From: an uncultured archaeon
GTDB taxonomy: Archaea > Asgardarchaeota > Lokiarchaeia > Sigyniarchaeales > SOKP01
DNA: 17,918 nt
Assembly (NCBI GenBank): GCA_964632315.1
Contig: CAZWEM010000066.1
Coordinates: 1-17,918 of the forward strand
Reading direction: 5' to 3'
Part shown: positions 7,780 to 14,959 of the stretch, piece by piece
How the letters are laid out: each line of letters opens with the position of its first letter
How positions within the stretch are numbered: position 1 is the first letter of the stretch
Made by a program: the position numbers and the translations under genes
The notes under the pieces: model-generated
Seen by the model: only the letters and a program-made list of their open reading frames with translations
The model's database searches: none
Told to the model about the DNA's origin: nothing

Positions 7780-8428
7780 ATCAGAGAAAAATAAGGATGT
7801 AGAATTCAAATCCGGTTCAAGTGACATACCCCTCGTAGATATACTCCAATTTAAAATAGTATATTGGGGGCCAGGAGAGTCGGGGAAAACTACTAACTAC
7901 TTTCGATTACGGGAAAAATTTGATGGGGTGAAGTTGAATCGAGGTATTTCAATTGAAACTACTGATGGCAGGACTTTATGGCAAGATTCTATACGGCTTT
8001 CTTTCTATTTAGTAATTGGAAATTCCAAATTTAACATCATTACACAAATTGTTACTTGCACGGGGCAAGAAAGGTTCTTATCTACCCGAGAATATGTGTT
8101 AGATGGAGCAGATGGCGTTATATTCGTAGCAGATTCTCATCCTGATCTATTGGAGCAAAATAAGCGCAGTTTTCGAGAATTAGTGTCGTTTGCGACGCCT
8201 CATAAAGTACCTTACCTAATCCAACTAAACAAGCGGGATTTACCGGAAGCCATTTCAATTGAAGAATTTAAAAATCAGTTAGACCTTCCCAAGTTCGAAC
8301 GTTATGAAGACGGGACGAGAGTGCTATATCCTACTATCGCAACAGAGGGAAAGAACGTTAGGGAGTGTTTTGAAGATCTAATGACTCAAGTTATTTACAA
8401 GTATTTTTTAGCCCTAGCTGGGATGTAG
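7769..8428 (+). CDS. mglA: MglA-family small GTPase (Ras superfamily)
   Basis: KIVYWGPGESGKTTN (G1), GRTLWQD (switch I with intrinsic Arg-Thr), TCTGQ (G3 lacking Asp, as in MglA TVPGQ), GADGVIFVADS, NKRD (G4), IAT (G5). Confidence 0.9.
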   Translation: MTIKSEKNKDVEFKSGSSDIPLVDILQFKIVYWGPGESGKTTNYFRLREKFDGVKLNRGISIETTDGRTLWQDSIRLSFYLVIGNSKFNIITQIVTCTGQERFLSTREYVLDGADGVIFVADSHPDLLEQNKRSFRELVSFATPHKVPYLIQLNKRDLPEAISIEEFKNQLDLPKFERYEDGTRVLYPTIATEGKNVRECFEDLMTQVIYKYFLALAGM

Positions 8429-8466
8429 TGTAATAGAGTTCAATAAAATTAAGAAGGTGAGAGATT

Positions 8467-9672
8467 ATAGTCGATAGTGCATATGATTTTATAACGACAG
8501 AGCTTCTTAATGTAATTTTTTTCCATCAGAAAAGTGTAGTATTATTTCCGTATATTGATAAAAAGCATTTAAAATCACTTGAGACTTTCTGTGTTGGTTA
8601 CTCGATCATAGATTTGGATTGCACGGTATTAGATGATGTCATTAGCATCATTGATCACGAAGTCGGGACATATTCCCAAAATCCTAACTTCTATTTCATT
8701 TACAATGCGTCAAGAGATATCATCGCTTCGCTTCATGACATGGAAAATGTTCATTGTATTATTAACACCCATGAGGACGTGTCTCAATTGGTAAGTGAAC
8801 ATTCATTACTATTTTATAACAAGAAAAGTAAGAAATTTCTCAACTGGAAGTTTGAATCTCACGAACTTGAATTTGAAAATCACCTTTTTGAACAATCACA
8901 GGGTAATGTCTCACTTCTCCACGACTCACTGATGCATATCAAGAGTTTTGCCACTCGAATCTATGCTGCTTTAGTAGAGACAAACAATTATCCTTCAATC
9001 CCTATCTTATTTAATGAACAAGCAGAGAAATATGCTCCTGAATTCTGGGATCGAATCTTACAGTTTATGGAGCGTTATTATGACATAAAAACTCCGCCAG
9101 AGATATATAAAGGATTGCAAGAACTAAAAGTTCTTGGTAATGGAGGGCTAAAAGCAAAACCTCAAGCTAAAAAATCTCCTCTAAAGGACTTTTTCATTGA
9201 ATATGATCTTATAGTCTCAACTGATCGAGCAATTAGTAATGCTTTCGTTCGTGCTCTTCATGATTATCGTAGTGAACATGTAAATAGCGCGAACTTGGAG
9301 CTTTCGCAACTCTATAATCCAAAAGAACTGTATAATTACTTGCGAAATCATCATTGGAAAGATAATATCGATGATGAATTTGTAATAAAGTGGTTTAAAG
9401 ATCCTGCTTTAATTAACGAAAATAATTCAAAAGATGTTAAAATCATGCTCAAAAAATTGGCGATTCCTCATGAATTGGTCATCAAACATGGAACAGAAGA
9501 GATTGATGAGAAAATCTCCTTTGGTTTTAATCTAACTGGAAGCAATTCCAATGACAAGATTGGCAAACCTTCAATTCAAAATTCCGAAAAAATGCCTTCA
9601 GTCAAAGACTTTAAACTATTTAAGGCTTGGATTATGACTAAATTAGACCAAATAGAGTCAAAAGATTACTAA
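8467..9672 (+). CDS. Hypothetical soluble protein (about 401 aa); start probably upstream of the track's TTG at 8614
   Basis: Frame is open from 8461 to 9672; AGGTGA at 8455-8460 precedes ATT (8464) and ATA (8467). No recognisable domain. Confidence 0.7.
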   Translation: MVDSAYDFITTELLNVIFFHQKSVVLFPYIDKKHLKSLETFCVGYSIIDLDCTVLDDVISIIDHEVGTYSQNPNFYFIYNASRDIIASLHDMENVHCIINTHEDVSQLVSEHSLLFYNKKSKKFLNWKFESHELEFENHLFEQSQGNVSLLHDSLMHIKSFATRIYAALVETNNYPSIPILFNEQAEKYAPEFWDRILQFMERYYDIKTPPEIYKGLQELKVLGNGGLKAKPQAKKSPLKDFFIEYDLIVSTDRAISNAFVRALHDYRSEHVNSANLELSQLYNPKELYNYLRNHHWKDNIDDEFVIKWFKDPALINENNSKDVKIMLKKLAIPHELVIKHGTEEIDEKISFGFNLTGSNSNDKIGKPSIQNSEKMPSVKDFKLFKAWIMTKLDQIESKDY

Positions 9673-9716
9673 TTATAAATTTTAATTTGTTGACAGAAAA
9701 ACGTAAGCTAAAAATA

Positions 9717-10418
9717 TTAGACATTTTTCAAAAGGAACTGCTTTACGAGGGGCAAAGATTGGCGTAAAGTCGTAAATCCTTCTACTCTATGTCTTTTTAT
9801 CAACTTGTGCTTGATTTGGTATATCACCGTACTCATTTCTACCCCAAATTCATCACAAATCCCTTTAAACGGTGGTGGGGCGTCTTCGACAAATATGAGT
9901 GTTAAGCAGAACACGGTTGCTGCAGTTGCCCTTTCGGTGGTACTGGAGAGTTCTTTCCAAAAAACATCTAATAAGGTCTCGCTCTCTTCTAAGAACTCAC
10001 TTGGATAATCCAATTTCATTCCTACATGCTCTATCATTGAAAAAATTAATCCTTTTCTATTTCTGATCTGGTATTCTGGAATGTAAGGAAGACATTCTCG
10101 TAAATTATTGGAAAGGTCTGCTTTTGACATGATTTTACTCTCCACGTATTTCATTGGAGTAATTGGTGCCAATTTCATTCTTAAAAACACGAAGAATGTC
10201 ATTGGGATTAGAATCTCAGGTTTTGAGATCTTTTTACCTGAAGGGATACGTGATAGTACCTTCTCAAAAAAAAAGAGAAATTCCTTTTTATACTTAATAT
10301 AACTCAATAAATCTAACTTTTTGAGGAATAGGACATAAAAGCGTGCTAATTCTGTAAGATCTTCTGTAGATAAATTTTTAGGCTCTTTTTTTGTATCGGT
10401 TAAGGTGGTTTCGACCAT
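9717..10418 (-). CDS. TFIIB/TFB-like protein with two cyclin-fold repeats and no N-terminal Zn ribbon
   Basis: Repeat 1: KISKPEILIPMTFFVFLRMKLAPIT. Repeat 2: MIEHVGMKLDYP...TTERATAATVFCL...FKGICDEFGVEMSTVIYQIK, matching the TFB C-terminal HTH spacing. Confidence 0.68.
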   Translation of the reverse strand: MVETTLTDTKKEPKNLSTEDLTELARFYVLFLKKLDLLSYIKYKKEFLFFFEKVLSRIPSGKKISKPEILIPMTFFVFLRMKLAPITPMKYVESKIMSKADLSNNLRECLPYIPEYQIRNRKGLIFSMIEHVGMKLDYPSEFLEESETLLDVFWKELSSTTERATAATVFCLTLIFVEDAPPPFKGICDEFGVEMSTVIYQIKHKLIKRHRVEGFTTLRQSLPLVKQFLLKNV

Positions 10419-10547
10419 GAGACATTCATCTATTGCATTATCTTGGATTAAGTAACCATCATTTCTTTTTAAATGACAAAGAAAAAAAATCGTTTTAAGA
10501 CCTTTATGAGTAAATTTTAAGGTGAATCTTCTAGGATATTTATTTCA

Positions 10548-10565
10548 ATGAAATTCAAATTTCAT
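10548..10565. promoter_or_regulatory. Perfect inverted repeat ATGAAATT-ca-AATTTCAT, candidate operator
   Basis: 8-bp arms with a 2-nt spacer, centred in the divergent intergenic region between the TFB-like gene and the Rad50-like operon. Confidence 0.45.
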
Positions 10566-10631
10566 GATACTTCATCCCAAATGATATTTTACAAAACCTT
10601 CACTATACAAATATTAATAAATGCAATAATA

Positions 10632-10648
10632 CCAAAATTATTATATTA
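10632..10648 (+). promoter_or_regulatory. Candidate BRE/TATA promoter for the five-gene operon
   Basis: ccaaaatta-TTATATTA ending 28 nt before ATG 10677; fits a nearly leaderless archaeal transcript. Confidence 0.4.
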
Positions 10649-10676
10649 GTCTGACAAAAGACAAACAGAATTTAAA

Positions 10677-10934
10677 ATGAGTTTTAAATTTAATATTTCA
10701 GAAATTTTAACCGGGTTTGAATTATCAGAGCGTGAGCGCAGTAATTTAGCTAGATTATTTGACTACACTAACTTTTTATATGATGATGAGACCAATTTGA
10801 CCAAAACGTTTAATTTAGTCAAAGGAGCTCGTGAAAAGCTCATGGAACGAATTAGTGAGATGTTTGAATCGGATCTATTTGAGGATGAATCAATAGAAGC
10901 GGAGGAAGAATTTATGGAGGAAAAGGGCCAATGA
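10677..10934 (+). CDS. Small acidic helical hypothetical protein, first gene of the operon
   Basis: 85 aa with acidic tail EMFESDLFEDESIEAEEEFMEE; ATGA overlap with the next gene. Confidence 0.8.
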   Translation: MSFKFNISEILTGFELSERERSNLARLFDYTNFLYDDETNLTKTFNLVKGAREKLMERISEMFESDLFEDESIEAEEEFMEEKGQ

Positions 10935-13450
10935 TTCAATCTATTCGCGTAAAGAATTTTCGAAAACACGAGGATTTAACTTTAGATTTCGATGAAAAAT
11001 TCAACCTAATTCACGGAAGGAATAATGCAGGCAAGTCCACCTTATTTTATGGGATAGAATATTGCCTTTTTGGTAACGTGCAAGGTTTTAAGAAAATTGC
11101 TCAACTCGCAAAATTCAAGAAGAATGCAGTAGGAGTCCAGTTGATATTTCATGGAAAAGATGGAAATACCTATAAATTACAGCGAATGCATAAATTAAAA
11201 GGGAAAAGCAAGTCTGCCCAAGGGTTTTATACCCTTAAAAAAATAACAGATGATGGAGAAGTCTATTTATTATCTTCCGATCACGGAAATCGAGAAGAAG
11301 ACTTGTCATTAAAAATAAATCAGATATTAGGCATTTCAAAACGGTTTTTTGAGACTGGAGTCCATTTTTATCAAGGTTCAGTTTCGGATATTCTCTCGGG
11401 AGATAAAAAATTGGATATAGTGTTCGGCATTAAATCTGCAATCGCTTTAGCCGACGTATTTAAAGATAAAGCATTGGAATTTGAACGAGAAATAAAAAAT
11501 ATTCCGGTTTTTGAGTCTAACTTAACTCAATCCAAAAGTGAAAAAGAAGAATACAGAAAAAAGCTTTCCTCACAAGAGAAACAACAAGCTACTATTAATG
11601 AGGATATAAAAACAAAAGAAAATGAGTTAAAAACATTTGAAACCTTTAAATCTTCTTCTGAGACTTTGTCTGATGTAGTGCTTCAGTTTGAGAATAAAAA
11701 ACGGGCACTTGATGATATCAAATTAAAAGAGGAAGTAATCGCAAAAGAAAAAGAGGACACGATTAACAAATTTGGAATGAAATCTAGCATAGAAAAATCA
11801 CTTGCATTAGATAAAAAGAGTCTAGATGAGGTAAAAAAGAAGTTAGAAATATCGGAGAAACAAATCGAAGCGATTCAACAACAAATTAGGAAATTAGAGA
11901 AAGATAAGGTAGAAACAGAGACCTTATTAGGTCAAAAGAAAAAGCTTTCAGAAGAATTGGATGCAATCGTCAAAGACGTGGGAGGTAAAGAGGACTTAGA
12001 AAAAAAATTAACCGCTCAGAAGAAGGATTCGAAGGATATCTCAAAGAAATTGGCTACTTTAGAGAAAAAAAATGAGGAACTTCAAAAATTTTTTAGGGAT
12101 ATTGAAAGGGAAAAAGGAGATATTGAAGGAATTCTTACACGGAGAGAGCAGTCAAAAGGAAAACCTATATGCGAATATTGTGGTGCTCCTATTGATCCCG
12201 CAAAAATTAAAGATGAGATCAAGCAATTTAAAGCTAAATTAACCAAAATAGATGAAGATATTAACTCCAATGAAAAGAAAAGTGCAGACATTAAATCGGA
12301 ACTCCTCCAATTAAGGGAAGATGAGAAAGCAATTGAGAACAGCATCAACAAGATTACTGCTAACATTGAGAAGATTGAAAATCTTTCTAATGCATTAGAA
12401 ACATCATATGGAGAAGAGTTGGATACTAAACTTGATGGTCTTAAGGATAGCATCATCAAAGAAGAATCAAAACTCGAAAGCGAGAAGAAGAACCTAACAA
12501 TTTTTCGACAAAAAGAGCAAGAACAGTTAAAAAAAATGAATGAGTTTCAATCACAAATTGAGAAAATAGACGAAATAGAAGTAAAAGTTTCAAAAATACA
12601 GGATGAATTAGAGGATATTCAGACTCAATTTTCAGAGGGGAAAGACAATCTTCTTGAAACCATTAAAAGGGCTAAAACACAAATTTCAGAAAATCTCAAA
12701 GTAATCAAGAAAAAAGGTAATGAAGAATCATTTACTACTTATTTTGAAAAGTTAATAGTGCGCATGGGGGATATTACTGAAAATTTCTCATTAAAGGAAA
12801 TACAAAGCATTAAGGATGATTTAAAAGAATTAGTCGTCAAGAAGTTAACGGAAATATCGACAAGTCTCAGTCATTTAACTGATCAAAAAGACCAAATTTT
12901 AACTGAAATAGAAGAAACGAAAGATCATGTAAAAAGACTGGATCGACAAATAGCAAATACCGAAAAAGAAATCCAGATCCTTCATAAGAAGGAGACGATT
13001 GCTGAACGATATCGTTCATATCAAAATGTTTTTAAAGACGCCCAATCCATAATCCGGGAAAACGCTTCCAGTATTTTAGAAGAAAAAATACTTGAAATGC
13101 ATAAAAATCTTTCTACTACTGATGAGTTTGACAAAGTCTTTATCGACAGTAATGACTATAGTCTTTCAGTGACACCCAAAGGACTTGATATGAATGAATC
13201 ATATCCCGCTGCTTTATATGAAGGAGGTGGTCATAGATTAATGCTTGGCCTCTCTTATAAATTCTCTCTCGGAAAAGTTATTGGGGATGCTCCATTTCTG
13301 TTAATTGATGAGCCTACAGAATTTATGGATGTGGAAAATAGGGTCAATTTATTGTCCAATTTACCCACAATTGCTGAAGGTACCCAAATTTTGTTAATCA
13401 CTCATCAAGATGTGGATAAAATTCAATGTGATAAAAGAATAGGAATTTAA
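10931..13450 (+). CDS. Rad50/SbcC-like SMC-family ATPase with zinc hook and non-canonical signature motif
   Basis: MIQSIRVKNFRKH start, Walker A GRNNAGKST (11015-11041), Q-loop FYQG, long coiled coils, central CEYCG hook (aa 414, 12170-12181), signature EGGGH, Walker B/D-loop LLIDEPTEFMD, H-loop LLITH. Confidence 0.92.
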   Translation: MIQSIRVKNFRKHEDLTLDFDEKFNLIHGRNNAGKSTLFYGIEYCLFGNVQGFKKIAQLAKFKKNAVGVQLIFHGKDGNTYKLQRMHKLKGKSKSAQGFYTLKKITDDGEVYLLSSDHGNREEDLSLKINQILGISKRFFETGVHFYQGSVSDILSGDKKLDIVFGIKSAIALADVFKDKALEFEREIKNIPVFESNLTQSKSEKEEYRKKLSSQEKQQATINEDIKTKENELKTFETFKSSSETLSDVVLQFENKKRALDDIKLKEEVIAKEKEDTINKFGMKSSIEKSLALDKKSLDEVKKKLEISEKQIEAIQQQIRKLEKDKVETETLLGQKKKLSEELDAIVKDVGGKEDLEKKLTAQKKDSKDISKKLATLEKKNEELQKFFRDIEREKGDIEGILTRREQSKGKPICEYCGAPIDPAKIKDEIKQFKAKLTKIDEDINSNEKKSADIKSELLQLREDEKAIENSINKITANIEKIENLSNALETSYGEELDTKLDGLKDSIIKEESKLESEKKNLTIFRQKEQEQLKKMNEFQSQIEKIDEIEVKVSKIQDELEDIQTQFSEGKDNLLETIKRAKTQISENLKVIKKKGNEESFTTYFEKLIVRMGDITENFSLKEIQSIKDDLKELVVKKLTEISTSLSHLTDQKDQILTEIEETKDHVKRLDRQIANTEKEIQILHKKETIAERYRSYQNVFKDAQSIIRENASSILEEKILEMHKNLSTTDEFDKVFIDSNDYSLSVTPKGLDMNESYPAALYEGGGHRLMLGLSYKFSLGKVIGDAPFLLIDEPTEFMDVENRVNLLSNLPTIAEGTQILLITHQDVDKIQCDKRIGI

Positions 13451-13462
13451 TGAGGGATTTTA

Positions 13463-13987
13463 ATGCCTGAGTTAGAAAATAAGGAGTTTAATGAAGCAAT
13501 AAAGGAATTTAAAGATGATGTTCAAGGTATATATTTAGGGAATGAAGATAATTTTAAAGATCTATTTATTACAGCCCAAAAACAAGCTGAGACTGCTATC
13601 TCTCTTGATGATTTTAAACGTAGATTAAGTTTATACATCATTAAAGAACTAAGCATTATGCTTAAGAACGATGAATTAGATCATCGAGATTTTTTTCTTG
13701 ATGGATTAAAAAATAGTGAATTTTGGAAACCATTAGCTAAATTAGTACTGTTTAAGCGTATTGAAGAGTTAAAAAACTGCAAAGTTTTAAAGAAGGGGAA
13801 AAAGTACGATGTCTCAGGATTAAAAGAGACATTTTTTGGTAAGTTTATTATGGAACGGTTGAAGTTTGAACGAAGAACAGTTCTAATGGATGAAGAGTAT
13901 ACCAAAATCACGAATGCTATAAAGAAGTTAAATTATGAAGTTCCTGTGGTAATTCAACCTACAGAAACAGAGAAGTTTTTTAAATAA
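13463..13987 (+). CDS. Hypothetical protein (174 aa), operon member
   Basis: 12-nt gap after the Rad50-like stop with GAGGG upstream; 9-nt gap to the next gene. No nuclease or phosphoesterase motif seen. Confidence 0.82.
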   Translation: MPELENKEFNEAIKEFKDDVQGIYLGNEDNFKDLFITAQKQAETAISLDDFKRRLSLYIIKELSIMLKNDELDHRDFFLDGLKNSEFWKPLAKLVLFKRIEELKNCKVLKKGKKYDVSGLKETFFGKFIMERLKFERRTVLMDEEYTKITNAIKKLNYEVPVVIQPTETEKFFK

Positions 13988-13996
13988 ATAATTTAA

Positions 13997-14935
13997 GTGA
14001 AAAAAATGGCAAAAAAAGTAGTAGAGTCAAATATTGATAGTGATGATTTTGCTAAATTGATGGAAGCGAATGTTATAAAAGATATTCGAGAAGAAATCAA
14101 ATTGGTATTGGAAGGGCAGTATAAGTATGCTTATGAGGCGATGATGGATGCATATCATGCTGGGTTATTTGTGGGTTTGGTAGGACCAGTGGGATGTGGA
14201 AAAACTGCCCTATGTCGAAAATTTGCGTATGACTTGGAAAGGGAGTTTTATTGGGTTACTTTTTCCGATTTGGTAAGACCAGCAACTTTAATCGGCTCGT
14301 TTGATCCAACTCTGGTTTTTAAATATGGGTTTTCCGCAGAATCTTACATTCCGGGACCTTTTACCTTAGCATCATTAAAAGGGGGCGTTTTCTTGGCAAA
14401 TGAGTTGAATAGAGGTGATGAATACGTACTTAACAGCATGCTAGATGCTATGGAAGAGAGACGCTTGTATATCCCCCAATTAAAGACATGGATGAAAGCA
14501 CAAGATGAGTTTTATGTCATCGCAGCAATGAACCCAGCAGAGCTTAAAGGGACTCGAAAACTTCCCTCAGCAATCAAAGATCGAATCAAAGTATGGATTC
14601 ATCTTGATTATCCACCTCGGAGTTTAGAACAAAAAATAATGATTGCTAACTGTCCAGAATATCAATTATCAGCGATGACGCAGGAAAAAATTATCGAGCT
14701 AATGATTGGTGCTCGAGATGACCCGATTGTAGAGAAACCTCCCAGTCTTAGAACGAGCATTGGGCTTGCCCGATTTGTTTCTGAAAGAGCCCAACGATTG
14801 AAGCTTTCCGTGGATAATAAATTGATTGCGGAATGTGCTAAATTAATTCTTCCTGATTCCATCGAACTTCGTCCTGGACGGGATGTGAATAGTTTCATTA
14901 AAAAGTTATTGACAAAAGTAGTAGGAGTCGCTTAA
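13997..14935 (+). CDS. MoxR-family AAA+ ATPase (AAA_5/CoxD/GvpN-like)
   Basis: Walker A GPVGCGKT, LIGSFDP, YIPGPF, Walker B FLANELNR, AMEERR, sensor-1 AAMNP, Arg finger SAIKDR, LDYP, sensor-2 PSLR. Alternative ATG start at 14006. Confidence 0.93.
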   Translation: MKKMAKKVVESNIDSDDFAKLMEANVIKDIREEIKLVLEGQYKYAYEAMMDAYHAGLFVGLVGPVGCGKTALCRKFAYDLEREFYWVTFSDLVRPATLIGSFDPTLVFKYGFSAESYIPGPFTLASLKGGVFLANELNRGDEYVLNSMLDAMEERRLYIPQLKTWMKAQDEFYVIAAMNPAELKGTRKLPSAIKDRIKVWIHLDYPPRSLEQKIMIANCPEYQLSAMTQEKIIELMIGARDDPIVEKPPSLRTSIGLARFVSERAQRLKLSVDNKLIAECAKLILPDSIELRPGRDVNSFIKKLLTKVVGVA

Positions 14936-14959
14936 AAGTAGAGATTAGAAAATTTTCTT

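Noticed and set aside
10419-10544. Upstream in-frame extension of the TFB-like ORF as a degenerate Zn ribbon (..LCHLKRNDGYLIQDNAIDECLM..)
   Set aside because: Only two isolated Cys, no CxxC pairs and no standard start codon; too weak to call.
10931-13450. Calling this the canonical rad50 or smc
   Set aside because: The zinc hook rules out a hinge-type SMC; there is no adjacent mre11/herA/nurA and the signature motif is aberrant, so no gene symbol is assigned.
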